A DNA stretch of 62,998 nucleotides, filler included, from Octopus bimaculoides (lineage: Eukaryota): the NCBI RefSeq assembly GCF_001194135.2. It is 10 parts of 8 records of this genome, joined end to end, with 100 filler letters (N's around TTAATTAATTAA, not from the genome) between each part and the next. Parts side by side here need not be neighbours in the genome. Positions count along the whole stretch, not along the records: positions 32,624 to 54,858 come from NC_068994.1; 9 more parts are not named here. One strand, written 5' to 3'. The stretch's first letter is position 1. Every line of letters starts with the position of its first letter. Made by a program: the position numbers and the translations under genes. The notes beneath the pieces are model-generated. The model was not told the DNA's origin. It worked only from the letters and a program-made list of their open reading frames with translations, and made no database searches. Shown here in pieces: positions 37,540 to 50,039 of this stretch.

Positions 37540-38496
37540 GAATTAGATAAGTTCAGAATGTCCACAAGAAACGTTGTGGAAGACCATGTATGTCGATGAG
37601 CCCTACAAAACAAGAAAGGGTACTAGAAATTTATTTCCAGAGTTCAAGAAAAATTGTGAATCAAACATATCTTGAGACAGGAACTTCTAATATCAAGCAT
37701 TGCATTGTGAAGTACTGTCATTGGAAAAGTTACATTCTAAGAATTGTCCATGCTCTCAATGAAGATCATCAGAACCGAAGATTGGAGCTTCGCGAGTGGT
37801 ACTTAACAAAATGTGTAAATGATGCATACTTCCCAACAAATGTTGTATGCTGTGTTGAGGTTACAATTGAATTAAATGGTTCAATTCGCAGCCAGAATTT
37901 TATCTAGTGGGAATCTGAGAATCAGCATATTATAGAGGAACATCATGTTAATGTACCAAAAGTTGCAGTGTAGGCGGCTATACTGTGGCTTGTTCCATTT
38001 AGTCGAATTTGGTACAACAACCTATTATGCCAAGCAATCAAAAGAGGACTTTGAAGATATGGAGTTTTATTTCCAGCAAGATGAGGTACACCTCCAGTAC
38101 GATAGCAATGCAAAGGCCTATCTTGATGAGATTTTTCCAATCGGACGAAGAGGTTCAGTAGAACACCTCTGGCATTCAACGAACCTCACACCATTATATT
38201 TTTATGAAGATGTCTAAAAGATAAAATTTACGGTACAAAACCGGCTATAATCGACGAATGAAGACAACCATTGAACGAAAATGTGTACATATATCAAACG
38301 AAAGGTTTATGTTTTGATGTTTTAGATCCCATTGCTCCTATCATTAGCTGAGCCTGGAGCAGAAGGGTCATTAGTATGGAACTAGGTGTTCATGAAAAAT
38401 TAATTCTGTCTGGAGGCTCTATTAAATTTTAAAAATAAAGTGTATTTACATAATGTTTTATAATCAATGTGTGTCTATATTTTTGGGACACTCTGT
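37540..38496 (+). mobile_element. Degenerate Tc1/mariner transposase remnant
   Basis: IVHALNEDHQNRRLE, LNGSIRSQN, FYFQQDEV, NLTPLYFY; right TIR-like ttttgggacactctgt. Confidence 0.8.
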
Positions 38497-38682
38497 GCAT
38501 CCAGACACGTTTTGTTTTCTTTCTCTCCTTTGTTTCCCTCTTACCATGTTTTTTCTCCTTACTCTTTTCTGTAGAAGATCATGGGCTTCGAATATCAACA
38601 AATTCTTCCAGTTTTTTGAGCGTCAAACTAATACACATTGTATGTTTTCGTATTTTGTTTATTTTTGTTGTACAATTTTGAA

Positions 38683-38739
<57 letters not shown>

Positions 38740-39527
38740 CAAACACACCCACACCCACATATTGATATTATCTTATCTTAACGATTTTGGTATCTGTATT
38801 ATTGTCTACAATGCTTTCATGCAAACGCGCTAAGTCATGCATGCTCTTTTGTGTGGATGTTGTGTTTAAGTATCTCACTTTGTGTCTGATCTTTTTATCT
38901 GATGCGACTTTATTTGTATTTTTACTTTGTTTATTTTCTCTCCCATTATTTTATATACTAATCAAGTATTGGATTCAACTCAATCAATTACATCCTCTCC
39001 ACATTCTTTTCTTCTCGAAAATATTTTTGTCGAATGTATCAACGTTAGCAACCATTTTAATTCATTTTTTTTTAGTGTAGCGAGCTAACAAAATCGTTAG
39101 AGTGTCGTAAAAATTGTCTAACAGAATGTATTTTAGCTCTTTACTAAGGTCGATTTCCCAAATATCCTGCCTTGTGTCTATGTTAGCTCTCATTATGCTC
39201 TTAACTGTTGCCTCACCTTTATCCAGTTCTGTTGACCGTAAAAAAAAAGAAACGGTTATGTTCAATTGGAACTTGTGATGGGTTGGATGCGAACAACAAA
39301 CAAAGGTTGGTGAAAACAAGTGAATCTATAGAAATCAGAGAAGTGAACGTCGGAACTTCTTCCAGCTGTACTGAACTTGCGAGAAATAATAACCAAATGT
39401 TCTGCCTCAAATCACACATTGTTTTTTTTTTAACGAATAAATTAGATGATGTAGTCTTAGATTTTTTATATGTTTGGGGAAAGGATCGAACAGTTAGCTG
39501 AAAACACCCTTCCTTTATACAACTACA

Positions 39528-39561
<34 letters not shown>

Positions 39562-40451
39562 NNNNNNNNNNNNNNNNNNNNNNNNNNNNNNNNNNNNNNN
39601 NNNNNNNNNNNNNNNNNNNNNNNNNNNNNNNNNNNNNNNNNNNNNNNNNNNNNNNNNNNNNNNNNNNNNNNNNNNNNNNNNNNNNNNNNNNNNNNNNNNN
39701 NNNNNNNNNNNNNNNNNNNNNNNNNNNNNNNNNNNNNNNNNNNNNNNNNNNNNNNNNNNNNNNNNNNNNNNNNNNNNNNNNNNNNNNNNNNNNNNNNNNN
39801 NNNNNNNNNNNNNNNNNNNNNNNNNNNNNNNNNNNNNNNNNNNNNNNNNNNNNNNNNNNNNNNNNNNNNNNNNNNNNNNNNNNNNNNNNNNNNNNNNNNN
39901 NNNNNNNNNNNNNNNNNNNNNNNNNNNNNNNNNNNNNNNNNNNNNNNNNNNNNNNNNNNNNNNNNNNNNNNNNNNNNNNNNNNNNNNNNNNNNNNNNNNN
40001 NNNNNNNNNNNNNNNNNNNNNNNNNNNNNNNNNNNNNNNNNNNNNNNNNNNNNNNNNNNNNNNNNNNNNNNNNNNNNNNNNNNNNNNNNNNNNNNNNNNN
40101 NNNNNNNNNNNNNNNNNNNNNNNNNNNNNNNNNNNNNNNNNNNNNNNNNNNNNNNNNNNNNNNNNNNNNNNNNNNNNNNNNNNNNNNNNNNNNNNNNNNN
40201 NNNNNNNNNNNNNNNNNNNNNNNNNNNNNNNNNNNNNNNNNNNNNNNNNNNNNNNNNNNNNNNNNNNNNNNNNNNNNNNNNNNNNNNNNNNNNNNNNNNN
40301 NNNNNNNNNNNNNNNNNNNNNNNNNNNNNNNNNNNNNNNNNNNNNNNNNNNNNNNNNNNNNNNNNNNNNNNNNNNNNNNNNNNNNNNNNNNNGCATGTGC
40401 GTGTATTTATATATATGTGTGTATGGTATAAAATGGTATGTATGTATATAT

Positions 40452-41923
40452 CAGGTCATCCCATAAGTTCTGTCCGAATTTTGAATAAAGAGAACAAGTG
40501 ATCAAATGTTATATTTCATTGAAATTTAATCGTCAATGCATCATCTATTTACAAGTTTTTTTAATCCCATCAATGTAAAACTATTTTGGTTTCAAAGCGA
40601 AGAACTCTGAAATGTCAGTTTCGACCTCCTCCTGGCTTGCGAAAGTTATGTCCTCCAAATGATTCTGTAAACTATGAAACAAATGGTAGTCTGAAGGAGC
40701 AAGGTCGGGAGAATNNNNNNNNNNNNNNNNNNNNNNNNNNNNNNNNNNNNNNNNNNNNNNNNNNNNNNNNNNNNNNNNNNNNNNNNNNNNNNNNNNNNNN
40801 NNNNNNNNNNNNNNNNNNNNNNNNNNNNNNNNNNNNNNNNNNNNNNNNNNNNNNNNNNNNNNNNNNNNNNNNNNNNNNNNNNNNNNNNNNNNNNNNNNNN
40901 NNNNNNNNNNNNNNNNNNNNNNNNNNNNNNNNNNNNNNNNNNNNNNNNNNNNNNNNNNNNNNNNNNNNNNNNNNNNNNNNNNNNNNNNNNNNNNNNNNNN
41001 NNNNNNNNNNNNNNNNNNNNNNNNNNNNNNNNNNNNNNNNNNNNNNNNNNNNNNNNNNNNNNNNNNNNNNNNNNNNNNNNNNNNNNNNNNNNNNNNNNNN
41101 NNNNNNNNNNNNNNNNNNNNNNNNNNNNNNNNNNNNNNNNNNNNNNNNNNNNNNNNNNNNNNNNNNNNNNNNNNNNNNNNNNNNNNNNNNNNNNNNNNNN
41201 NNNNNNNNNNNNNNNNNNNNNNNNNNNNNNNNNNNNNNNNNNNNNNNNNNNNNNNNNNNNNNNNNNNNNNNNNNNNNNNNNNNNNNNNNNNNNNNNNNNN
41301 NNNNNNNNNNNNNNNNNNNNNNNNNNNNNNNNNNNNNNNNNNNNNNNNNNNNNNNNNNNNNNNNNNNNNNNNNNNNNNNNNNNNNNNNNNNNNNNNNNNN
41401 NNNNNNNNNNNNNNNNNNNNNNNNNNNNNNNNNNNNNNNNNNNNNNNNNNNNNNNNNNNNNNNNNNNNNNNNNNNNNNNNNNNNNNNNNNNNNNNNNNNN
41501 NNNNNNNNNNNNNNNNNNNNNNNNNNNNNNNNNNNNNNNNNNNNNNNNNNNNNNNNNNNNNNNNNNNNNNNNNNNNNNNNNNNNNNNNNNNNNNNNNNNN
41601 NNNNNNNNNNNNNNNTCAGCAAGTTCTTTCATTCAAGCATTCTTTCCCATAAACTGAGTGTATGTTTCGAGTCGCTTCGGCTGCAGAGTTTCCTTTTTTT
41701 GTATTCATAAAGCATTATGTGCCTCAAATGCTCTTTGGATACTTCTATGTTAGAAAGGGTTTTAATCAAAGAAATTTTAATTCTGTAAAATAATATTTAA
41801 TTAGTTTAAATGTACACAAATGCATAAAAATAATTTTAAATTCCATTAGACATTCTAAAATACTATTAAATTTCATTCAATTTTAAAAAAGGTAAAATCG
41901 GACAGAACTTATGGGATGACTTG
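40452..41923 (+). mobile_element. Tc1/mariner-type element, interior mostly gap
   Basis: About 29-bp TIRs caggtcatcccataagttctgtccgaattt / aaatcggacagaacttatgggatgacttg in AT-repeat context; about 1.47 kb length fits mariner. Confidence 0.8.
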
Positions 41924-43214
41924 ATATATCACTAGGGGTCTGTCTCTCAACCCCGGTGGTTTTACTGCGCTCCCTGACACCAACCCAGGGTATTTCTGCA
42001 TTCCCACGCTTAGATGATTTGTCATCATATTTGCTAGTTAAGCCATAGCTAGGACCCTGATAGGTGCTGCTACTCCGTGATAGAATACACTCCTCAAAAC
42101 TTTGGAACTCCCGAACCAGAGCCCCGCTATCAGATACTCTGATGTAAAACCTGCGGTTTCACCTGATTACTGTTCATCTCGCTTCAGCCTGTCACTGGGT
42201 ACTAATCACAGAAACTCAGATCGTAGTACACCTGTTGTCCAAGCGTTTATCACTACAATTCAATGACGTACAGATGTCTCTTTATGGTGATCTCATTTGT
42301 CAATCAATCTACTGAAAGTCCTATGGCAATGGAAGAGTGACGTGCTGATCTAATCAATTGAAAGCGCATAATAAATTACAGCTTTCGCCCGTTATGTATG
42401 CTTGAAACCACGCAGAACTGAAATGGGACTGAATAGTCATCTGAAAGGTTATGGACGGCAAGTCAGAAATGCCATTGACAATAAGGAAGGGCATCTGTGA
42501 AGATGGAGTGATCACCACACACACACACACACACACACACNNNNNNNNNNNNNNNNNNNNNNNNNNNNNNNNNNNNNNNNNNNNNNNNNNNNNNNNNNNN
42601 NNNNNNNNNNNNNNNNNNNNNNNNNNNNNNNNNNNNNNNNNNNNNNNNNNNNNNNNNNNNNNNNNNNNNNNNNNNNNNNNNNNNNNNNNNNNNNNNNNNN
42701 NNNNNNNNNNNNNNNNNNNNNNNNNNNNNNNNNNNNNNNNNNNNNNNNNNNNNNNNNNNNNNNNNNNNNNNNNNNNNNNNNNNNNNNNNNNNNNNNNNNN
42801 NNNNNNNNNNNNNNNNNNNNNNNNNNNNNNNNNNNNNNNNNNNNNNNNNNNNNNNNNNNNNNNNNNNNNNNNNNNNNNNNNNNNNNNNNNNNNNNNNNNN
42901 NNNNNNNNNNNNNNNNNNNNNNNNNNNNNNNNNNNNNNNNNNNNNNNNNNNNNNNNNNNNNNNNNNNNNNNNNNNNNNNNNNNNNNNNNNNNNNNNNNNN
43001 NNNNNNNNNNNNNNNNNNNNNNNNNNNNNNNNNNNNNNNNNNNNNNNNNNNNNNNNNNNNNNNNNNNNNNNNNNNNNNNNNNNNNNNNNNNNNNNNNNNN
43101 NNNNNNNNNNNNNNNNNNNNNNNNNNNNNNNNNNNNNNNNNNNNNNNNNNNNNNNNNNNNNNNNNNNNNNNNNNNNNNNNNNNNNNNNNNNNNNNNNNNN
43201 NNNNNNNNNNNNNN

Positions 43215-43250
<36 letters not shown>

Positions 43251-43958
43251 TACATGCATACATATATACACAAAGTACGGATAAAACTGCGTCTAATGAC
43301 GTAATGTAATAGGCATATACATTATGCTCGTGTTGGTTTGCAACTGAACCTCGTAACTTAAACTGCGACTAAAACAAAAGTGGTGTTGTAGAAGCTGCCG
43401 AGCAGGAATGGCTATAAGTGGTTCATTATTGAGTTGGAAGATATATATTAGAAAGTAAGAATGAACAGGAAAATCACGTGGTTTCACTTTGGTGCATAAT
43501 TGTAGAGTTGTTATAATGGAGTTGTTGGAGTAAAAGGTATCATATAGATAAGAGAATAAGAATTTGTGATACTAAATGTTTTGGCTGTTCATTCTTTCTA
43601 ATATAGTCGAAATCACGTGATTTGGTGGTCTCAGCGCTGGAGATAGCGGGGATTTATCTTCCTGCTGGTGATATAAACAAGTGGGCATTTTGTTCCAAAA
43701 GCCAATATGAGAGTTTTTCTCATGGCATCTACCTCTCGATATTAACACTGCCTCTGTCGCTAAAATATACATATTACATAAACGTAAGATAAACGCTTAT
43801 GTATTTGTTTTGCAAGACTCCAGATGTGAAATCGTGTGTTGAAACAGATATTGTCATATTTGGAGATGGAAATTTTTTTTTTTCCAAATAACCATACCCA
43901 GCATAAACTCATTCTTCACTTCAGCTTTATTATTATTATTCCTATTTTAGTGTCCTTT

Positions 43959-44001
43959 GTCTGAAATCTTTCGCCACACATCCTGTGATCTCTTCAGCGA
44001 C
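43959..44001 (-). ncRNA. Decayed minimal type-I hammerhead motif
   Basis: GUCG-CUGAAGA-G(a)UCACA(ggaug)UGUGGC-GAAA-GAU-UUC/AGAC. Complete core; imperfect helices. Confidence 0.45.
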
Positions 44002-44461
44002 TCTCCATCCCACGTGTTTCCTCCTGTTCTGTTTAGCCCATTCTGTCTTTCTGTGGTGTGTACCTGTACATGCGTTTGTATCTGTAAATGTGTGTGTTTA
44101 GTATGTGGGTTGTGTGTGCGTGTATATGGGTTTGCTAACAACATTGTACCCGAGTCTTTTACTTTTTAAGTTTTTATTTTTTATTCGTTTATTTACTTTT
44201 TTCTTTATTTTTTTCTCATTTCGTCTTAAATATATAGGTGTCGTGTGTGTGTATGTGTGTGTGTGTATGAGTTTATGTATTATACTGTTTGCATTTCTTT
44301 CTTTTTTCTTGTGCCATTCTGTCTTTTATCGTCATGCTGCGCAGTGTAGTGGAGGTAGTGTTATTGTTTCATCCATGCTTTCTGTTGAGACTAGGTCTAG
44401 CTATAACTATGTGGATGGTCTCTGTGATCTGTTTCAGTGTCGTGTCTGTTATATATTCTTT

Positions 44462-44862
44462 TATTCTTTTACTTGTTTCAGTCATTTGACTGCGGCCATG
44501 CTGGAGCACCGCCTTTAGTCGAATCAAATCGACCCCAGGACTTATTCTTTGTAAGCCTAGTACTTATTCTATCGGTCTCTTTTTGCCGAACCGCTAAGTT
44601 ACGGGGACCTAAGCACACCAGCATCGGTTGTCAAGCGATGTTGGTGGGGACGAACACAGATACACAACATATACACACATACATATACATATATACACAT
44701 ATACGACGGGCTTCTTTCAGTTTCCGTCTACCAAATCCACTCACAAGGCTTTGGTCGGCCCGAGGCTATAGTAGAAGACACTTGCCCAAGGTGCCACGCA
44801 GTGGGACTGAACCCAGAACCATGTGGTTCGTAAGCAAGCTACTTACCACACAGCCACTCCTA
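44462..44862 (-). mobile_element. Full-length SINE family B
   Basis: Near-identical to 27137-27532; tRNA-like head on the minus strand. Confidence 0.92.
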
Positions 44863-45714
44863 CGTCTTGTTGATAATATTTGTTGATAATATTTTAACAT
44901 CTATGTTGTTAATGGAGCCTCTATGTTCTAATTGAGCATGTTGGCAGAGCACTGACAAGTATTTCTCTTGCTTGATCTCCCGCCAGTGTACGCCCATCCA
45001 CTCCCCTATACTACGTGCTGTCTCTCTACTGTGTGTGGTCTTGTTTCTGCACCATCCCTCAGTACACAGCAATCTTACAGTTAACCTGTGGGTTCATCCT
45101 ATGTACTATATAGTTGTTATCCGTATATAACATGAATGGAACAATAGCCCACATCAACAAAACTACGCAACATGACAACGAAAGATTGACTGAGAGAAGA
45201 AAAAATTAGTGACAATTATATTTTTCCTTTATGATCTTATTATGCCTTGTTGTTTATGTGGATTTTTAATATACACATTAGTATTTCATTAAATCAGCCA
45301 TAGATTTATATTGTAAATATATATACTGACAGATCGATTTAGCCAAACCATCAAGCGACTGAACAGTCATTGTTGACGAGTCTACGACTGACAGACGAAA
45401 CTATTCTAGTCCAGTGATCCTAGATTCGCTCATGGGGCAGTATCTCCTCTGTCAGTATATATATATATTGTGCGCTTCTAACAACATTAAGAGTTTGAAC
45501 TATTATTTCTTGCAATATAGGTACTTCAGCTCCCTCAGTTGCAATTAGTGACGATTAAAGTTTTCCTTTATGGTCTTATATTACGCCTAGCTGTTTATAT
45601 TAATTCTTAATACACACTCACACACACAGACACAGAGACACAGACACACAGAGATACAGACACACACAGACACACACACAGACACACACACACACACACA
45701 CACACAGACACACA

Positions 45715-45755
<41 letters not shown>

Positions 45756-46104
45756 CTGTCTGTGTAGTTAAGTATATAGACACTCTGGCGTATATGACCG
45801 TCTTATCTATCAATGCCCATTTTGTCTTCTCCACTTAACAAATTGCACAGACACACACACACACGGGTTGTTATCTTTACAATGTATCCTAATTCTTTCA
45901 CATCCTCACCTCATTCCTTACCCCAAGTGGTCAATCAGGCTAAAGCTTTCGTCTAGAAAAGTTTTTAATGACCCTCATAAGCACTTTTATATTCGTTCTC
46001 CTTCTCTTTGCGTTCTTTCTTTTCTCTTTCTCTTTCTTTCATTGTTTCTGATCCTGCATATGTTATTCCATCTGTATCTCTTAGGACATGTGTTTGTATG
46101 TACG

Positions 46105-46736
46105 TATGCCATTGTCAGTTTTATTTCAAGATTTCTTGCCTATAGAGAAAGAGCCGGTTTCTAACCTAGATACAAGACCCCTTCATTGGAATTTCACCTC
46201 AACAGGGTGTTACATATCCCAGGACCCAAATAATTACAGGTATAAACTTGAACTTGTAATCTGGATAGAGTAACTGCAGATTTCTCAATATGTTAGCATC
46301 CGCTGAACAGCTAATTTCCACAACTGTACACAGTTTCTCTTCTCTATCCCAAATCATTATATCAGGTCTGTTGTGTTTACATTTTATTGAGGTCTTCACT
46401 AGGACTCCTTTTTATTATGAGTGGTTTTGGATTCTACCATACTGTGGGTTCTTATTTCTTTGTCCTCGGGGTTATCCTTCCGACGGATTTCATTATAGAG
46501 TGTCCTAGCTATAACATCATGCCTCATCGGTAGATAATACCGTGATGACATTTTCAGACAGCTGCTTATGATGTGGGTGTTATCTTTAGTGTTTACTCCA
46601 CAAAGTCTGCATCAGTTATCAAATTTTACTGCTTTTCCTGCATATCTATCCCTTTTGTATATCAGGTACTTGGTCGATATTTCCTGTTCGTGGATTGCAA
46701 ATGCATACCCTTCAAAGTGAGAAGTAGTGATCCGGC

Positions 46737-46740
<4 letters not shown>
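46105..46740 (-). mobile_element. 5'-truncated REL LINE (subfamily 2): CCHC knuckle plus endonuclease
   Basis: CRLCGVNTKDNTHIISSC...PMRHDVIA, KHNRPDIMIWDREEKLCTVVEISC, FIPVIIWVLG. Confidence 0.85.
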
Positions 46741-46767
<27 letters not shown>

Positions 46768-46774
46768 GTGACAC

Positions 46775-46807
<33 letters not shown>

Positions 46808-46816
<9 letters not shown>

Positions 46817-47034
46817 GGCATTATTACAGAAAAATAATAACGCCACACAGTGGACTTCTCAAAATAGCCACATTTAGTACCTAATGCGAGGAAAAACAAC
46901 CAACAGAAGACGACCAACTTAAAGTTGGTCGTCTTCTGTTGGTTGTTTTTCCTCGCATTAGGTACTAAATGTGGTTATTTTGAGAAGTCCACTGTGTGGC
47001 GTTATTATTTTTCTGTAATAATGCCCTTTATATA
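46808..47034. repeat. Near-perfect palindrome, 113-bp arms, 1-nt spacer, 1 mismatch
   Basis: tatataaagggca...cgaccaactt / a(46921) / aagttggtcg...tgccctttatata. Confidence 0.95.
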
Positions 47035-47173
47035 AATATAAACGAATAATTATATTCTTGGGAATAGAAATTTCCCTTATGAATTTTTTTACACACTGGC
47101 TTCTTGATAAAATTCTTGTAAAAGAGTTTTATCCCTTTTTGAATTTATTTATCATATATATGTATATATATAT

Positions 47174-47590
47174 AAGTATAGTCGTCATTAAAGTGATTGA
47201 GGGTGTTAGTCAGCACCACCACTGCTAGAAATAAGAGTCAAAACAACTCTTAGCCACGTGAGAGCTCTTTTCTATCGACTGACAAGGGAGACAAGCTCCC
47301 TACGGCAAGCAAGATAGAATCATATCAACGTTGATTTCAGATTTGATTAATCTTCATGGTGCTGACTCACACTCTCAGTCACTTTAGTGACGACTGTACT
47401 TGTTGCCTTTCGGTTGTAAATTACGAATAGCCACCTTAATAATTTATAATTCTCACTTCATCATTTTCGAAAGCCGTCAATGTTTCATATGGTGTTCTCT
47501 GTAAGACTGACAAGGTGAGTTAAGTCTTTAACCGTCGGCGACGGAGTAATAGGTCATTGATGAAGATTAATCAAATCTGAAATCAGCGTT
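47174..47590. repeat. Two interleaved inverted-repeat pairs (A-B-A'-B')
   Basis: A 47174-47218 / A' 47357-47401 (45 bp, 5 mismatches); B 47327-47356 / B' 47561-47590 (30 bp, 1 mismatch). Confidence 0.85.
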
Positions 47591-47955
47591 TTAGCCCTAC
47601 TTTAATATAAATGATGTATCTAATGTAACAAAATAATGCTCCCAGGCTTTAGATAAACATTACCCTAAATCTAGCCCATATCAAGGGAACTTCAATAGAC
47701 ACACTGTCAAATCATCCTACTCTAACATGACTAATACTGTATATATAATATATCTAGATTTAATTATCGAAAACTAAGATATCTAGCTTCTAGTAATCAA
47801 ACACATGATAATACATTCAATACAGCAATTAATACTAACGTAACTCATCCATCTATAATATCTAATCTAAATAATGATTATACTTAGGCTTCCAATTCCA
47901 GTAATAATAATGTCAATGTTAATGATTTAGCTGACCATATTATATAATAATTATG

Positions 47956-47995
<40 letters not shown>

Positions 47996-48050
47996 GAAGA
48001 AGAAGAAGAAGAAAAAGAAGAAGAAGAACAACAACAGCAGCAGCAGCAGT

Positions 48051-48095
<45 letters not shown>

Positions 48096-48163
48096 AATAA
48101 TAATAATAATAACATTGTTTTGTCTTTGTATAAAAAGATGGGCTACAGCAAATATTCTGCTTA

Positions 48164-48735
48164 ATTGCCCGGATGCAGTACCAGGCAATGGTTCACATGG
48201 TTTCTGATCTTAATTGATTGGAAGTGTTATCATGTACATTGTTTTGTCTTGGTATAAAAGATGGGCTACAGCAAATATTCTGCTTAATACCACAGATTTG
48301 CCTGTCAGTTATTTGACCTTAACCAGTTGAGCATGTCCCTTGGTGGCTGACGATGTGGGCATCTCTGATCATGAGCAGAAGTAGTGGGGGAGCATCATAG
48401 CCAAGTGTTGAGAGGAATTCTTTGGGGTTTGAATAATTCACCTTTGGAAACATAGGTGTTTTGCTCAACATCCTTAAACAAAACTTATTCAGGGACCTTT
48501 TGAGCAGGATGGGCTACTCGACTTGAAGAAAATTCAAACTGGGCCCCCACCTGCGAGGTTATGCGCTGCTTATCTTGATATGAGATCACTACGTCGCGCA
48601 CATATGGTTGTGATGCATGTGCCTGGTGTACCCTTATCAGACGTGTAGTCATGATGGGTATACTGGGCTTCGTATATTTTACCCAGGTGTTACTTTGATG
48701 GCATGCACTGCTCTCTCACTCTCACTCAATAATAA
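48164..48735 (+). mobile_element. Non-coding interspersed element between TAA repeats; head also at 57330-57410 (minus)
   Basis: Head tgcccggatgcagtaccaggca matches the reverse complement of tgcctggtactgcatccgggca at about 57388-57410; ends caataataat. Confidence 0.6.
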
Positions 48736-48739
48736 TAGA

Positions 48740-49735
48740 AAAAGCTAAGCGCATGAAAACCCGTGCTAAAACTGCTGCCTTAGATATTCTGACTGATAAC
48801 TGGCAAGAAAAACCTCTCAATGGCAAATACCCAAAGAGAGCGAATAATGTCGATGTTGACAAAACCCTTACCCATCAATGGCTAATGGCTTCTGGCTTAA
48901 AATCAGAAACAGAAAGATCAATGCTTACTTACAAAGAACTACCAGGCCAACATATTAAAGTACAGCAGCTCCCCAGTATGTCGTGCATGTCAACAACAAA
49001 ACGAGATCATTGATCATGCTGTCTCCATGTGCAGTTTTCTTGCGCCTACAGAGTATCTCAACAGGCATGATAGAGCTGCACAATATTTTCACTGGGTAAT
49101 TTGCAAAAACCTGGATTTGCCCTATGATAGAAACTGGTGGGAACACAAACCAGCCCCACTGCTTGAAAATGATCACATCTCCCTCCTCTGGAACTTCACT
49201 ATTCAAACTGACAGAAAGATAGATGGAAATAGGCCAGACATCATATTAAATGACTTCAGACAAAAATCACGCCTCCTCATTGATATGATTTTTCCCAATC
49301 GATATAAACGTATCTGTCAAGATCTACCAAAAACTGAGCAAGTATAAAGATCTTGAAATAGAAATTAGCAAAATGTGGAACCTGAAGATTAAAACAATAC
49401 CTGTTGTCATAGGTGCCCTAAGAATGATAGCAAAAGGGGCTGATTGCTACCTAGCTCAGATACCAGGAAACCCCCAAATGGCAGAAATTCAAAAGATAGT
49501 GCTCATGAGAACTGCCCATATCCTACGTAAAATACTGTCTATGTAATCTCAAATTTTAAAACAAACTCACAATTCTCTTATGTTTTCTTAAACATTCTCT
49601 AGAACAACACTTTGTACAAAACCAAATATATGGTACCCTAGGCATAACACCTACATGAACTTCTAACTTGTTGTCTCTTGAGGTCTCTGGGTGAGACTTG
49701 GATCCAACTTGTACAAATGCAAAGCAAAAGTCAAA
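48740..49735 (+). mobile_element. 5'-truncated R4/Dong-like LINE (copy 1 of cluster)
   Basis: HQWLMASGLKSETE, YLNRHD, LLWNFTIQTDRKIDGNRPDII, 3' UTR, then (TAA)(CAA)n. Confidence 0.9.
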
Positions 49736-49765
49736 CATAAAATAATAATAATAATTAATAATAAT

Positions 49766-49832
<67 letters not shown>

Positions 49833-49837
49833 GCAAC

Positions 49838-49881
<44 letters not shown>

Positions 49882-50039
49882 GAAGTGCGGAGTAATCTAC
49901 ATGGTGCTGCTGCTGCTGCTAATAATGATAAATGCGGCCCCTGTATGAAGATTAGTGGTAAAAAAAAAACATAAAAAAAAAGATTAATGAAAATTTAATA
50001 ATAATTTAACTTTACTTAAAAAGAAAAGAAAATTTCAAA

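Noticed and set aside
45326-45455. ctgacaga/tctgtcag 8-bp inverted ends in TA runs
   Set aside because: Too short to call a MITE from one copy.
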